Counted from the stretch's first letter, positions 1 through 11,089 are shown. The stretch is DNA of 64,000 nucleotides from Alphaproteobacteria bacterium (GCA_041498815.1 JBGQJC010000006.1:8447-72446); one strand, 5' to 3'. A program made the numbers and translations. Notes: a model not told the origin generated them from the letters alone.

Positions 1-265
1 GCTCGCGGCCATCGGGAATGAGCGGGTTATAGGCGGCAAGCTCGCCGTTGATTTGCGCCTCCCCGCCCTTCTCGATGTACAGCATCTCGTGGACCTGTTG
101 CCACATGGTCGCGAAGTTCTCGAAATAGAAGGTGGCGAATGGGCCGACGGAAACCCGGCGGTTGCGCTTCAAGCCGGCCATCGCCTTGCGCTTTTCCCCC
201 CTCACCTTGGCATAGTCCGCCATCGCCATGATGTCGGCGCGCGTGATTCCAATCTTGGGCGTCAT
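1..265 (-). CDS. DUF3501 family protein (3' end runs off the window)
   Basis: Not in the ORF track. Manual translation from the ATG at 265 gives MTPKIGITRADIMAMADYAKVRGEKRKAMAGLKRNRRVSVGPFATFYFENFATMWQQVHEMLYIEKGGEAQINGELAAYNPLIPDG, matching DUF3501-type RRV.VGP...FEN...Q..EM..IE...YNPLIP motifs. ATGA overlap with the upstream stop. Confidence 0.85.
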   Translation of the reverse strand, partial: MTPKIGITRADIMAMADYAKVRGEKRKAMAGLKRNRRVSVGPFATFYFENFATMWQQVHEMLYIEKGGEAQINGELAAYNPLIPDGRE

Positions 266-1635
266 GACGCGCCGCCCAAGCCGGCGATGCCGTAAGCGCG
301 CGCAAAGAGCTCGATCGGATGGGGGGCGGAATTGCCTTCGGGCTTGGCGCCCAGGTTTTCCATGCTTTGAACGATATGCGCGCCCGCGAGCGGACATTCG
401 GAGGTGACATAAGGCGTGCCGCCCTGGGATTCCATCGAGTACCTGGCCGCGTGGCGGGCAACCGGCGCCCCGATCTTGAGCGCCACCTCGAAATTGCCCT
501 TGAGCACGCCCCAGGAACCGCCGTGGCCCGAGCAGCGCTCGATCACGGAAATGTCGGCGTCGGGGACGAGGCGCAGCATCTCGGCCGCTTTTTGGCCCAT
601 GTTCTGGGCCCTTGCGTGGCAGGCCATGTGCAGCGTCACGGCGCGCCCCAGCGGGCCGAGCCCCGGGGCCAAGCCTTCGTTCTTGGCGATGTCGACCACG
701 TATTCGGTGATGTCGTAGGTGGCATGCGACAGCCGCTTCACATCCGCATCGCCCGGCAAGACGAGCGGCCATTCGAATTTGAACATCAGCGCGCAGGAGG
801 GGATGAGCGCCACCACGTCATGCCCTTTCTCGATGAACGGGATGAGCGCCTTGGAAATCTTTTTCGCGCGCCGCGCTACCGATGCCAAATCGCCGTGCTC
901 GAGTTGGGGCATGCCGCAGCATTCGGGATAGACGACCTCGGTCTCGACCCCGTTCTTGGCGAGCACCGCACGCGCCGCCAATCCGATTCCGGGATTGTTG
1001 TAATTGGCGAAGCAGGTGGCATAGATCACCGCCTTGCGCCCGAAGGCCGGCGCCTCGCGGTTCACGGCGGGGGTTTGTGCTTTCGCCAAACTCACGAAGC
1101 TCTTGCGATGGAAGCGCGGCAACTCGGCGTTGCGATCGACGTGGGCGAATCTTTCCATCGCCGCACGGGCGAATTTGTTCTTTCGTCTGGTGGCCCAATT
1201 GGCGAAGGCTTCCAAGGCGCCGCCGAGCCTGGCATTGCGGTCGGTTTTGGTCAGCTCGCGATCGGCAAAGGGAACCTCGCCGCGTTTCAGCTCCGCCGCG
1301 CGGTAGCGCAGCATCAGATGCGGAAAATCGACGTTGAATTCGTGGGGCGGCACATATGGGCATTTGGTCATGAAGCACATGTCGCAGAGCGTGCAGGCAT
1401 CCACGACCTGCTTGAAGCCGCGGCTCTCGACCGATTCGAGCTCGCCCGTCTTCGATTGATCGATGAGGTCGAAGAGACGCGGGAAACTGTCGCAGAGGTT
1501 AAAGCAGCGCCGGCAGGTGTGGCAGACGTCGAAGATGCGGCGCATCTCGGTGTCGATCGCAGCCGCATCGGTGAATTCGGGAGCGGTCCAGGCCAATGGA
1601 TGGCGAACCGGCGCCTCGAGACTTCCTTCCCTCAT
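262..1635 (-). CDS. Rubrerythrin-associated Fe-S oxidoreductase (GlpC/HdrD-like, ferredoxin plus CCG domains)
   Basis: CHTCRRCFNLC and CTLCDMCFMTKCP clusters, a CCGMP motif and a degenerate CSGHGG motif; lies between rubrerythrin and DUF3501. Confidence 0.88.
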   Translation of the reverse strand: MREGSLEAPVRHPLAWTAPEFTDAAAIDTEMRRIFDVCHTCRRCFNLCDSFPRLFDLIDQSKTGELESVESRGFKQVVDACTLCDMCFMTKCPYVPPHEFNVDFPHLMLRYRAAELKRGEVPFADRELTKTDRNARLGGALEAFANWATRRKNKFARAAMERFAHVDRNAELPRFHRKSFVSLAKAQTPAVNREAPAFGRKAVIYATCFANYNNPGIGLAARAVLAKNGVETEVVYPECCGMPQLEHGDLASVARRAKKISKALIPFIEKGHDVVALIPSCALMFKFEWPLVLPGDADVKRLSHATYDITEYVVDIAKNEGLAPGLGPLGRAVTLHMACHARAQNMGQKAAEMLRLVPDADISVIERCSGHGGSWGVLKGNFEVALKIGAPVARHAARYSMESQGGTPYVTSECPLAGAHIVQSMENLGAKPEGNSAPHPIELFARAYGIAGLGGAS

Positions 1636-1726
1636 TCTCGCGCCCTTGGGACCTGCCGCACGGGTGTAGCGCGACGCAATGAGGGGGCCAGGCGGCCCCC
1701 CGATCGCATCGATCCCGAGGCTTCGC

Positions 1727-2143
1727 CTACTTCAATTCGTCGAAGGACCGCTGGAACCTGCCGGCGTGGGATTTCTCCGCCTTGGCCAGCGTTTCGAACC
1801 AGTCGGCGATTTCGTCGAAGCCTTCGTCGCGAGCGCCTCGTGCCATACCCGGATACATGTCGGTGTATTCGTGGGTCTCGCCGACGATGGCGGATTTCAG
1901 ATTCTTGCGGGTATCACCGATCGGCTCGCCGGTCGCGGGATCGCCCACAATCTCGAGAAATTCGAGATGGCCGTGGGCGTGCCCCGTCTCGCCTTCGGCG
2001 GTCGAGCGGAACACCGCCGACACGTCGTTGTAGCCTTCGACGTCGGCCTTTTGCGCGAAGTAGAGGTAACGGCGGTTCGCCATCGATTCGCCGGCGAAGG
2101 CGTCCTTCAGATTCTTTTCGGTCTTGCTTCCCTTGAGTTGCAT
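1727..2143 (-). CDS. rbr: Rubrerythrin (short form, no C-terminal rubredoxin domain)
   Basis: [32 protein letters not shown] and EKSHA di-iron ExxH motifs; 138 aa. Confidence 0.93.
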   Translation of the reverse strand: MQLKGSKTEKNLKDAFAGESMANRRYLYFAQKADVEGYNDVSAVFRSTAEGETGHAHGHLEFLEIVGDPATGEPIGDTRKNLKSAIVGETHEYTDMYPGMARGARDEGFDEIADWFETLAKAEKSHAGRFQRSFDELK

Positions 2144-2223
2144 GCAAAGTCTCCCGTGGTCTCGGCAGGAGTTGCGCCTGCGCGCTGTCGCGATCGTGGC
2201 CGAATGCGTACGGCCGGAAACCC

Positions 2224-2252
2224 AATATGGCCGCCCGCAGCGTCCCTGTCAA
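2224..2252 (-). promoter_or_regulatory. Sigma70-type promoter for the rbr operon
   Basis: Minus strand TTGACA (2252-2247), 17-nt spacer, CATATT (2229-2224). Confidence 0.75.
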
Positions 2253-2255
2253 TAG

Positions 2256-2272
2256 TTTAGAACTATTCTAAT
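2256..2272. promoter_or_regulatory. Iron control element (ICE, Irr-binding site)
   Basis: TTTAGAA-CTA-TTCTAAT matches the ICE consensus TTTRGAAYNRTTCYAAA at 16 of 17 positions; lies between irr and rbr. Confidence 0.8.
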
Positions 2273-2303
2273 AATGTGCCCAGATACCGGGAAGAAAATG
2301 GAT

Positions 2304-2717
2304 TTAAGGCGCGGATTTCGCGACCCGGACGATCACCTCGACCCGCGAGACTTCGGTGCCCGCGGGCGGCTCCGGCAGGTTCATGACCGAGATCCCGTTG
2401 GCCGGGATGTCGATCAGCGCGCCTGAATCCTGGAAGAAGAAGTGGTGGTGATCGCTGTTGTTGGTATCGAAATAGGAGCACCCCGGTTCGGCCACGACCT
2501 CGCGCAACAGACCGGCCTCGGTCAACTGATGGAGCGTGTTGTAGACGGTGGCGAGCGACACGCCGACATTGGCGGAGCGCGCTTCCTTGTGCAGCCCCTC
2601 GGCGGTCACGTGGCGGTGTCCCGATTCGAACAGAAGCCTTGCCAAGGCAAGGCGCTGGCGCGTGGGGCGCAACCCCACGGACCGCAACCTGTCGAGTGCC
2701 GAACTGAAGGGACGCAT
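2304..2717 (-). CDS. irr: Fur-family iron response regulator Irr
   Basis: GLRPTRQR, HVTAE, VSLATVYNTL and YFDTNNSDHHHFF (Irr-type HHH) motifs; adjacent ICE box. Confidence 0.85.
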   Translation of the reverse strand: MRPFSSALDRLRSVGLRPTRQRLALARLLFESGHRHVTAEGLHKEARSANVGVSLATVYNTLHQLTEAGLLREVVAEPGCSYFDTNNSDHHHFFFQDSGALIDIPANGISVMNLPEPPAGTEVSRVEVIVRVAKSAP

Positions 2718-2918
2718 TTAGTCTTGGCCCTTAATTGTTTTCGGCCCAGGCCGATTCGTCTTACGCCGTGCCTTGGCGCCGCGCCTTAGACCCGCACCGC
2801 AAGGATGGCTCCTGCAATAAGCTAGTCATTCGGTGCGCCGATTTCAAAAAAATAATCGGTTAAAGGCATTTATCTTAACCATGGTGCGGCGCGGTAATGC
2901 GCGCCGCCCGGTCCCGAA

Positions 2919-4316
2919 TCAGTCGCCCGTCGCGATGCGCTCGACCAGCTGGCGCACCGTCGGGATGAATCCGTTCGAATAGAAAGGATCCTCGGCGAAG
3001 CGAAACGCATTGTGGCCGGCGAACATCAATTCCGATTCGATGTCCTCGTTGTGGACGATGGCCTGGAGCGTCTTCTGGATGCAATAGGAACGCGGATCGG
3101 CTTTCTTGCCGGTCGTGCCCTGCTCGTTCTGGGCCCAGTTGCTGAACAGGCACGCGCTCAAGCACCCCATGCAATTGATCTGGTCCGTCCGAATCTCGAG
3201 CCACTTCTCGGGCGTCACGAAGACGAGGGTCGAATCGGGCGTGCGCATCGCCTCGGTAAATCCCTGGCGGACCCACTGCTCGGCGTGAACCTTGTCGGCT
3301 GCGGTCAGATATACGGTGCGGCCCCGCGCGCCCACGGGGAACGGCGTGTTGTGTTCACCCACCGGCGCCTGGGCGTAGGCCACTTGGCGCACCGCGCGTT
3401 CCTCGAGCTCCTTGATGAAATTGTTATAGACGGCCGACGAATAAAACCCGGTCGGGCTGTAGCGGTTGAGGAAGATTTCGCCCTTCTTCAGCATCAGCAA
3501 TTTCCGCTTCCACGCATCCGAGATCGGGCTTTCCTGGGTCAAGAGCGGCCGCGTTCCGAATTGGAAGGCCACGGGCCCCAAATCGGGATTGCCGATCCAA
3601 TCCTCCCATTCGCGCAGGAACCACACGCCGCCCGCCATGATGATGGGCGTGTCCTTGAGCCCGTATTCGTTCATCATTTGGCGCATCTCAAGGACGCGCG
3701 GCATGGGGGGTTCGGGCCTATCCGGGTCCTCGGAGTTGCTGATGCCGTTGTGCCCGCCCGCCAGCCACGGGTCTTCGTACACGACGCCCCCCAGCCATTC
3801 GCGGAATCTGTGGTATGCGCGCTTCCAGAGCGCCCGGAACGCGCGCGCCGAGGAAACGATGGGATAGTAGTAAACGCCGTAACTGGCGCAGATTTCGGCG
3901 ATGCGGTACGGCATGCCGGCGCCGCAAGTGACGCCGTTGATGATGCCTTTGGCTGCCTCCAACGTGCGGTGAAGGATGGTTTCGGCCGCCGCCATCTCCC
4001 ACAAAACGTTCATGTGGATGCGGCCCAGTCCCGAGGCTATTTCATGGGCCACGCGTGCCTGATACAGGGCGCCGCGAACGGCGAAATCGATCAGTTCCTG
4101 ATGGCGCTCGCGCCGCGTCTTGCCGCGATAGATCTGGGGGACGAAGGTGCCGTCCTGGTCGTAGGAATCGGCGTTCACTCCGGAAAACGTCCCGACCCCG
4201 CCGCACGCCGCCCAGGGGCCGGAGCTTTCCCCGTTCGAGACCGAGATGCCCTTGCCGCCTTCGATGAGCGGCAGAACCTCGCGCCCCGAAAATAGGATCG
4301 AATTCAGAGGCTTCAT
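2919..4316 (-). CDS. NAD(P)H-dependent flavin oxidoreductase (nitronate monooxygenase/YrpB family)
   Basis: PLIEGGKGI, CGAGMP, LAGGHNG, IMAGGVW and FQFGTR motifs; C-terminal CMGCLSAC. Confidence 0.85.
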   Translation of the reverse strand: MKPLNSILFSGREVLPLIEGGKGISVSNGESSGPWAACGGVGTFSGVNADSYDQDGTFVPQIYRGKTRRERHQELIDFAVRGALYQARVAHEIASGLGRIHMNVLWEMAAAETILHRTLEAAKGIINGVTCGAGMPYRIAEICASYGVYYYPIVSSARAFRALWKRAYHRFREWLGGVVYEDPWLAGGHNGISNSEDPDRPEPPMPRVLEMRQMMNEYGLKDTPIIMAGGVWFLREWEDWIGNPDLGPVAFQFGTRPLLTQESPISDAWKRKLLMLKKGEIFLNRYSPTGFYSSAVYNNFIKELEERAVRQVAYAQAPVGEHNTPFPVGARGRTVYLTAADKVHAEQWVRQGFTEAMRTPDSTLVFVTPEKWLEIRTDQINCMGCLSACLFSNWAQNEQGTTGKKADPRSYCIQKTLQAIVHNEDIESELMFAGHNAFRFAEDPFYSNGFIPTVRQLVERIATGD

Positions 4317-4489
4317 CTGGTGCCTCCCGCCTTAAACTTGTCGGCCGCGGTCATTCGTTACCACGGCCACGCCTGCCCGCAAGGCCCGCCCCCACCGCCT
4401 AATAGCCCTATATGGGGCGGGGCGGCAATGGCGACTAGGCCCCCCAGGGGCACGAAATCCGCACGGATTTTTCACCCCTGTCCGGACGG

Positions 4490-6601
4490 TCATGCGGGCT
4501 TGGTCAGATCCTGGCCGGTGTGCTGGTCGACCGCCTTCATGCTGAGCTTGACCTTGCCCCGGTCGTCCATGCCCAAGACCTTGACGCTCACGATGTCGCC
4601 CTCCTTGACCACTTCGGAGACCGTCTTGGGGCGCCCCGGCCCCAGTTCGCTGATATGGACCAGGCCGTCTCTAGGTCCGAGGAAATTCACGAAGGCGCCG
4701 AAGTCGACGACTTTCACCACCTTGCCTTTGTAGATCGCGCCGATCTCCGGCTCGGCGACGATGTTGCGGATCCAGTCGATCGCGGCCTGGCTGGCCGCGC
4801 CGTCGACCGCCGCAACTTTGACCGTGCCGTCGTCTTCGATGTCGATCTTGGCCCCGGTCTTTTCGGTGATCTCGCGGATGACCTTGCCCCCGGTGCCGAT
4901 GATTTCGCGGATCTTGTCCTTGGGCACGGTGATGACGGTGATGCGCGGAGCGTGCTGCGACAGATCCTGGCGCGCGGTATCCAGGGCTTTGCTCATTTCG
5001 CCGAGGATATGCATGCGCCCGTCACGCGCCTGGGCAAGCGCGGTTTGCATGATCTCGCGGGTGATGCTGGTGATCTTGATGTCCATCTGGAGCGAAGTGA
5101 CGCCGTTTTCGGAACCCGCCACCTTGAAATCCATGTCGCCCAGATGGTCCTCGTCGCCCAAAATGTCCGAGAGCACCGCGTGGCCGGATTCTTCTTTGAT
5201 GAGGCCCATGGCGATGCCGGCGACGGGCCGCGTGATCGGTACGCCCGCATCCATGAGCGAGAGCGAGGTGCCGCAAACGGTCGCCATCGAGGACGAGCCG
5301 TTCGATTCCGTGATCTCGGAAACCACCCGGGTGGTATAGGGAAAATCGGTTTTGGCGGGCAATACCGGGCGCACCGCCCGCCAGGCAAGCTTGCCATGGC
5401 CGACTTCGCGCCGCCCGGTGAAACCGAACCGGCCCACTTCGCCCACCGAGAACGGCGGGAAATTGTAATGCAGGAGGAAATGCTCGCGGTATTCGCCATC
5501 CAAGGCGTCGACGATCTGCTCGTCCTGGCCGGTGCCGAGCGTGGTGACGACCAGCGCCTGGGTTTCGCCGCGGGTGAACAGGGCGCTGCCGTGGGCCCGC
5601 GGCAGGAACCCGACTTCGCAGATGATGGGACGGATGTCGGCGGTAGCGCGCCCGTCGATGCGCTTTCCGGTCGCCAGGATATTTCCGCGCACGATGTCCT
5701 GTTCGAGGTTCTTGAACAGGCCCGGCACGAGATCGGCGTCGAGGGATTCGGCCGCAATCGTTTCCAGCGCCTTGGTCTTGACCGCCGCGATCTTCTCGTG
5801 GCGGAGCTGCTTCTCGGTCACGGCATAAGCGGCGCGGAGTTCTTTTTCGGCGAGCTCGCGCAGGCGCGCATTCACCCGGTCCGTGCCCTCGGGCGCCTTG
5901 GGCAGGTCCCAGGGCGCTTTGGCGCAGTCTTCGGCAAGCTGGATAATGAGATTGATGACGTCTTGCATCTTCTCGTGGCCGAAAGTGACGGCGCCCAGCA
6001 TCACCTCTTCGGAAAGCTCTTTCGCTTCCGATTCGACCATGAGCACGCCTGCCCCGGTGCCGGCCAGCACCAAATCGAGCTCGCTGTTCGCCATCTCGTC
6101 CACTTGCGGATTGAGCTCGTATTCGCCGGCGACGTAACCGACGCGGCAGCCCGCGATCGGCCCCAGGAACGGAATTCCGGAAATGGTGAGCGCGGCGGAG
6201 GCGCCGATCAGCGCCACGACGTCGGGGTCGTTCTCGAGATCGTGCGAGAGGACCATGCAGATGACCTGGGTTTCGTTGCGAAACTCGGCGGGAAACAGCG
6301 GCCGGATCGGCCGGTCGATGAGGCGCGAGGTGAGCGTCTCTTTTTCCGAAGGCCGGCCTTCGCGCTTGAAAAAGCCGCCGGGAATCTTTCCCGCGGCATA
6401 GGTCTTTTCGATGTAATTGACGGTGAGCGGGAAGAAATCTATGCCCAGTTTCGGAGTCTTCGCGGCGACCACGGTGCACAGCACGGTGGTACCGCCGTAG
6501 GTCGCGACCACGGCGCCGTCGGCCTGGCGGGCGACCTTGCCCGACTCAAGAACCAGTTGGCGTCCGCCCCATGTGATCTCCTTGCGCGTTACGTTAAACA
6601 T
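4490..6601 (-). CDS. pnp: Polyribonucleotide nucleotidyltransferase (PNPase)
   Basis: [25 protein letters not shown] and GDMDFKVAG motifs; KH and S1 domains. Start set at ATG 6601 (MFNV). Confidence 0.98.
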   Translation of the reverse strand: MFNVTRKEITWGGRQLVLESGKVARQADGAVVATYGGTTVLCTVVAAKTPKLGIDFFPLTVNYIEKTYAAGKIPGGFFKREGRPSEKETLTSRLIDRPIRPLFPAEFRNETQVICMVLSHDLENDPDVVALIGASAALTISGIPFLGPIAGCRVGYVAGEYELNPQVDEMANSELDLVLAGTGAGVLMVESEAKELSEEVMLGAVTFGHEKMQDVINLIIQLAEDCAKAPWDLPKAPEGTDRVNARLRELAEKELRAAYAVTEKQLRHEKIAAVKTKALETIAAESLDADLVPGLFKNLEQDIVRGNILATGKRIDGRATADIRPIICEVGFLPRAHGSALFTRGETQALVVTTLGTGQDEQIVDALDGEYREHFLLHYNFPPFSVGEVGRFGFTGRREVGHGKLAWRAVRPVLPAKTDFPYTTRVVSEITESNGSSSMATVCGTSLSLMDAGVPITRPVAGIAMGLIKEESGHAVLSDILGDEDHLGDMDFKVAGSENGVTSLQMDIKITSITREIMQTALAQARDGRMHILGEMSKALDTARQDLSQHAPRITVITVPKDKIREIIGTGGKVIREITEKTGAKIDIEDDGTVKVAAVDGAASQAAIDWIRNIVAEPEIGAIYKGKVVKVVDFGAFVNFLGPRDGLVHISELGPGRPKTVSEVVKEGDIVSVKVLGMDDRGKVKLSMKAVDQHTGQDLTKPA

Positions 6602-6813
6602 TCTCTTTTCCACCTTTCCTGCGAGACTGCCCTATGCAGGCCCGCGTCCAATGCGGCCGCCCGATGCGGCCGTCTTTTGCCGCGCCCCGATGGCGCGGCC
6701 CTAACACTCAATAAAAACCCCGCGGCTGACCGGCACGGCCCGCCGCACTTTCATTCCGATTTTTCCACGAATGGGATTCATCAACGCGCCGCGCGAATGC
6801 CGCGGCCGCACCG

Positions 6814-7083
6814 TTAACGGCGCAAGCCCAAGCGCTGGAGCAACTGGTTGTAGCGCTCTTCGTTCTTGCGCTTGAGATAGTCGAGTAAGCGGCGGCGCGC
6901 GCCCACCATGACGAGCAGGCCCCGGCGCGAATGAAAATCCTTGTCGTGGGAGTTCAAATGTTCGGTCAGGCTCTTGATCCGTTCCGAGAGAATCGCGACC
7001 TGGACCTCGGGCGAACCGGTGTCGCCTTCCTTATTCGCAAAATCTTTGATGATTTCGAGCTTGCGCCCGGCGGTGACCGACAT
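6814..7083 (-). CDS. rpsO: 30S ribosomal protein S15
   Basis: [12 protein letters not shown] and [10 protein letters not shown] motifs. Confidence 0.98.
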   Translation of the reverse strand: MSVTAGRKLEIIKDFANKEGDTGSPEVQVAILSERIKSLTEHLNSHDKDFHSRRGLLVMVGARRRLLDYLKRKNEERYNQLLQRLGLRR

Positions 7084-7100
7084 GTCGTGCATCCTAGTCT

Positions 7101-8024
7101 TTAAAAATTGAAAACCCGGACCGGCTTGAGCCGCCCGCGATCGAAACGTGCCACCGCGACCGGTTTCCCGTTCGCCATGGCGCAGACCGAAATCCCGGGA
7201 ACAAGCCCGCCCAAGCGGCCCACATCGCAGGCCCGAAGCAGGGGAACGGATTGGCCGCTCCGCAAACTGCGGGCCTCGCCCTCCGACAGGGCCAGCGCCG
7301 GGATGCCGTCCAGCGCGGTCTCGACCGGAAGGAGGCTATTAAAAGCGGCGGCACTATGCCCCAGGGCCTCAAGGGAATCTAGCGAAATCGCTTGATTTTC
7401 CGTGAAGGGACCGACCGCCGTGCGCCGCAATTCCACGATATGGGCGAAGGTGTTAAGGGCCATCCCCAGATCGCGGGCAAGCGAGCGCATATAGGCCCCC
7501 TTACCGCAGATGACCTCGAAGCAGGCATGGTCCGGATCCGGGCCAGCGGCAAGCGTGATCCGTTCGATCAAAACGGTGCGGGGAGCGAGCTCGAAATCCA
7601 CATCCGCCCGCGCCAGCGCGTAGGCCCGCCGCCCTTCCACCTTAACCGCCGAGAAGCGGGGCGGAATCTGGAGTATCTCGCCGGTAAAAGCGGGCAGTAC
7701 GGATTCGATCTCGGATTCGCTCGGGCGCTTCGCGCTTGTTTGCGTCACCTCGCCTTCGGCGTCATCGGTGGTGCGGGCGATGCCCCATCGAAGCATGAAG
7801 CGGTAGGATTTCGTTCCGTCCATCTCGAAAGCGACGGTCTTGGTCGCTTCGCCCAAAGCCACCGGCAGCACGCCGGTCGCCAACGGGTCGAGCGTACCCC
7901 CGTGGCCCGCCTTCGCGGCATTGAGCGCCCGGCGCACGCGCGAGACCACCTTGGTCGAGGTGACGCCCTTCGGCTTGTCGATGACGATCCAACCGTGGAC
8001 GGGCTCGCCCTTGCGCTTACCCAT
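7101..8024 (-). CDS. truB: tRNA pseudouridine(55) synthase
   Basis: [24 protein letters not shown] and PPRFSAVKV motifs. Confidence 0.97.
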   Translation of the reverse strand: MGKRKGEPVHGWIVIDKPKGVTSTKVVSRVRRALNAAKAGHGGTLDPLATGVLPVALGEATKTVAFEMDGTKSYRFMLRWGIARTTDDAEGEVTQTSAKRPSESEIESVLPAFTGEILQIPPRFSAVKVEGRRAYALARADVDFELAPRTVLIERITLAAGPDPDHACFEVICGKGAYMRSLARDLGMALNTFAHIVELRRTAVGPFTENQAISLDSLEALGHSAAAFNSLLPVETALDGIPALALSEGEARSLRSGQSVPLLRACDVGRLGGLVPGISVCAMANGKPVAVARFDRGRLKPVRVFNF

Positions 8025-8427
8025 CGTCCTCGTCCTTGCTCTTTTCAGTATCCAGCTGTGCCAGATCCTGGCGTACGTGGGGGCGGCGAAGAATGGAATC
8101 TATTTTGCTCGCCTGTTCGAAAGACGTGTCCGGGGCGAATGCCAGCTGGGGCGCGTACCGGAGTTGCACGGCGGAAGCGACCTGGGCGCGGAAGAAGGGT
8201 GCCGCGCGATTGAGGGCCGCGACGATCGCGGAAGCCTCGCCCCCGCCCAACGGCGTCACGAAAACGGCGGCGTGGCGGAGATCCGGCGACAGCCTCACCT
8301 CGGTCACGGTCACGGGAACGTCCCGCAGCTCCGGGTCCTTCATCGCGCCGCGCTCGATCAAGTTTGCCAGCGCATGGCGGATTTCTTCGCCGACGCGAAG
8401 CTGGCGCTGGGAGGGGGCTCGTGTCAT
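8017..8427 (-). CDS. rbfA: Ribosome-binding factor A
   Basis: RQLRVGEEIR and VTEVRLSPDLRHA motifs; lies between infB and truB. Confidence 0.96.
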   Translation of the reverse strand: MTRAPSQRQLRVGEEIRHALANLIERGAMKDPELRDVPVTVTEVRLSPDLRHAAVFVTPLGGGEASAIVAALNRAAPFFRAQVASAVQLRYAPQLAFAPDTSFEQASKIDSILRRPHVRQDLAQLDTEKSKDEDDG

Positions 8428-8467
8428 GGGATCCTCTCGCGCGCCGCGGGCGACGACGGTCCGCGGG

Positions 8468-11089
8468 CTAAATCGTGCGCGCTATCTCTTGCAGTTCGAA
8501 GCACTCGATCACGTCGCCCTGCTGGATGTCTTGGTAGTTTTCGATACCGATGCCGCATTCGAAACCTTCCTTGACTTCCTTAACCTCGTCCTTGAAGCGG
8601 CGCACCGTTCCGATGCTGCCTTCAAACACCACCACCGAATCGCGCAAGAGCCGCATCTTCGCGCCCCGGCGCACCACGCCTTCGGTCACCATACAGCCGG
8701 CGATCTTGCCGACTTTGGTGATGGTGAAGACCTCGCGCACCTCGGCAGAGCCGAGCGCGGTCTCCTTGATCGTCGGCGAGAGCATGCCCGAAAGCGCCGC
8801 CTTGATCTCGTTGACGATGTCGTAAATGACCGAGTAGTAGCGGATTTCGACACCGTCGCGCCTGGCCAGCTCGCGCGCCTGAGCGTTCGCCCGAACATTG
8901 AATCCCAGGATCACGGCGTGGCTGGCGGCGGCGAGCGTCACGTCCGATTCGTTGATGCCGCCGACCCCGGCGTGGAGCACGCGGACTTTGACTTCTTTCG
9001 TCTCCAGCTTATCGAGGCTGCCGACGATGGCTTCCAGCGACCCTTGCACGTCGGCCTTGACCACGATCGGAAGCTCTTTGGCCTCGCCCGCCTGAATCGC
9101 CGTGATCATCTCCTCGATGGTGCCCCGGGCACCGGCGATATGCTGCAGGCCGCGGGTCTGGCGCTCGCGGTAAGAAACGATTTCCCGCGCGCGCGCCTCG
9201 TCTTCGACCACCACGAAATCGTCGCCCGCGGACGGCGTACCGCTGAGCCCCAGGACCTCGACCGGCACGGAAGAGCCGGCGGATTCGATGGACTCGCCGC
9301 GGTCATCGATGAGCGCCCGCACCCGGCCCCATTCCGAGCCGGTGATGAAAATGTCGCCCAATTTGAGGGTGCCGCGCTGAACCAGGACGGTTGCGACCGG
9401 GCCGCGCCCGCGCTCCAGCTTGGCTTCGATCACCACGCCTTCGGCCGCACGGTCGGGATTGGACGAGAGCTCGAGGACTTCGGACTGGAGCAGGATCGCT
9501 TCTTCGAGCTTGTCCAGATTGGTCTTTTCCTTCGCCGAGACTTCGACGCTCAACACGTCGCCGCCCATGGTTTCCAATACGATGCCGTGCTGCAGAAGTT
9601 CGGTGCGTACGCGCTGGGGATTGGCGTCGTGTTTGTCGATCTTGTTGATGGCGACGATGATGGGGACCTTGGCCGCCTGGGCGTGGTGAATCGCCTCGAC
9701 CGTCTGCTCCTTCACGCCGTCGTCGGCGGCCACCACCAACACCACGATGTCCGTGACGTTGGCGCCCCGCGCCCGCATCGCCGAGAACGCCTCGTGGCCC
9801 GGGGTATCGAGGAAGGTGATGTGCGCCCCCGATTTGAGCGTGACCTGGTAGGCGCCGATGTGCTGGGTGATGCCGCCGGCCTCGCCGCTTACGACATCGC
9901 TTTCACGCAACGCATCCAGGAGCGAGGTCTTGCCGTGATCGACGTGGCCCATGACCGTGACCACGGGGGCTCGCGGCTGCAAGAGAGCCGGATCGTCATC
10001 CGCCGTCTTGAGGCCGATTTCAACGTCCGCTTCGCTCACGCGCTTCGCGCGGTGACCGAATTCGTTCACCACCAACTCGGCGGTGTCGGCGTCGATCACC
10101 TGGGTGATCGTCACCATGACGTCGAGCTTCATCAGCGCCTTGACCACGTCGGCGCCGCGCACGGCCATGCGATTGGCGAGCTCCTGAACCGTGATCGATT
10201 CCGGTATCACCACGTCGCGGGTGATCTTTTTGGCGGGCTCCGCGACGTGAGTCTCGCGCGCCTTCTGCTTCTCTTTCTCGCGCGCGCGGCGCAGCGCGGC
10301 CATGCTGCGCATCCGCTCCTGGGCGCCGCCTTCGAGCGCCTGGGCGATGGTGAGCTTGCCTTCGCGCCGGCGCGGCTCGGCGCGCTTGGGAGCGGGATGG
10401 CGCAGCGCCGCGGCGCGGCCGCGGCGGATTTTCGCCGCTTCATCGCCTTCGTCCTCTATCTCCGGCTCGGGCGTGAGCTTTGCTTCCACGGCTTCGGCAC
10501 GGGCGGACGGTCTCTTCGGCTCCTCTTTTTCCTTGGCAAGGCGGCGCGCTTCTTCCTCCGCGGCGAGCTTGGCCGACGCCTCGGCCTCGACCTCGCGGCG
10601 CAGTTCGTCGGCCGCAAGCGCACGCGACTCTTCTTCTTCGGCGCGGCGTTGCTCATCCTCGACTTCATTGACGCGGTGCTTGAGGTCGGTTTCGGCGCGC
10701 TTGCGCGTTTCGGCCGCTTCGGCCCGCGCGCCGTGAACCGCCCGGGTGCGGGCTTCCTTTTCTTCGTTCGTCAGGGCGCGCAAAGTGGCCGGGCGCCGGG
10801 ACAGCGTTGCGGTTTCGGTTTTTTCGGCCTGCGGAACGACCTCGGCCACGGCCGGGGGCGGCGGTTCGAACAGAACCTGGGCGGGCCCGCGCGGAACCTC
10901 CCGCATCGTCCCGCCTTCGCCGGCGGCGTAGGTGCGCTTGCGCTTGACCTCGACCGTCACGGTGCGCGAGCGGCCGTGGGAAAAGCTTTGGCGGATCTGG
11001 CCGGTCTCGACGGTCTTTCTCAATTCGAGCCGGCCGGGCCGGTCGAGACTGCGCGGTGACTTGCGTTCCTGTTCCTTACTGCTGGTCAT
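8468..11089 (-). CDS. infB: Translation initiation factor IF-2
   Basis: [20 protein letters not shown] and KADVQGS motifs. Start set at ATG 11089 (MTSSKE). Confidence 0.98.
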   Translation of the reverse strand: MTSSKEQERKSPRSLDRPGRLELRKTVETGQIRQSFSHGRSRTVTVEVKRKRTYAAGEGGTMREVPRGPAQVLFEPPPPAVAEVVPQAEKTETATLSRRPATLRALTNEEKEARTRAVHGARAEAAETRKRAETDLKHRVNEVEDEQRRAEEEESRALAADELRREVEAEASAKLAAEEEARRLAKEKEEPKRPSARAEAVEAKLTPEPEIEDEGDEAAKIRRGRAAALRHPAPKRAEPRRREGKLTIAQALEGGAQERMRSMAALRRAREKEKQKARETHVAEPAKKITRDVVIPESITVQELANRMAVRGADVVKALMKLDVMVTITQVIDADTAELVVNEFGHRAKRVSEADVEIGLKTADDDPALLQPRAPVVTVMGHVDHGKTSLLDALRESDVVSGEAGGITQHIGAYQVTLKSGAHITFLDTPGHEAFSAMRARGANVTDIVVLVVAADDGVKEQTVEAIHHAQAAKVPIIVAINKIDKHDANPQRVRTELLQHGIVLETMGGDVLSVEVSAKEKTNLDKLEEAILLQSEVLELSSNPDRAAEGVVIEAKLERGRGPVATVLVQRGTLKLGDIFITGSEWGRVRALIDDRGESIESAGSSVPVEVLGLSGTPSAGDDFVVVEDEARAREIVSYRERQTRGLQHIAGARGTIEEMITAIQAGEAKELPIVVKADVQGSLEAIVGSLDKLETKEVKVRVLHAGVGGINESDVTLAAASHAVILGFNVRANAQARELARRDGVEIRYYSVIYDIVNEIKAALSGMLSPTIKETALGSAEVREVFTITKVGKIAGCMVTEGVVRRGAKMRLLRDSVVVFEGSIGTVRRFKDEVKEVKEGFECGIGIENYQDIQQGDVIECFELQEIARTI

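Noticed and set aside
1683-1700. GGGGGCC-AGGC-GGCCCCC hairpin between rbr and the oxidoreductase
   Set aside because: No U-tract; may stabilise mRNA but is too weak to call
2858-2880. GGTTAA-N11-TTAACC upstream of irr, and TTAA pairs at 49007-49024 and 60941-60958
   Set aside because: Spacing of 10-11 nt does not match the CtrA N7 box; no other support
8036-11059. 1007-aa ORF antisense to infB, and similar long antisense ORFs (319-2136, 4520-6817, 14651-16402, 46451-48283, 60631-62274)
   Set aside because: Shadow ORFs expected opposite GC-rich genes; no recognisable domains, and they overlap clear conserved genes
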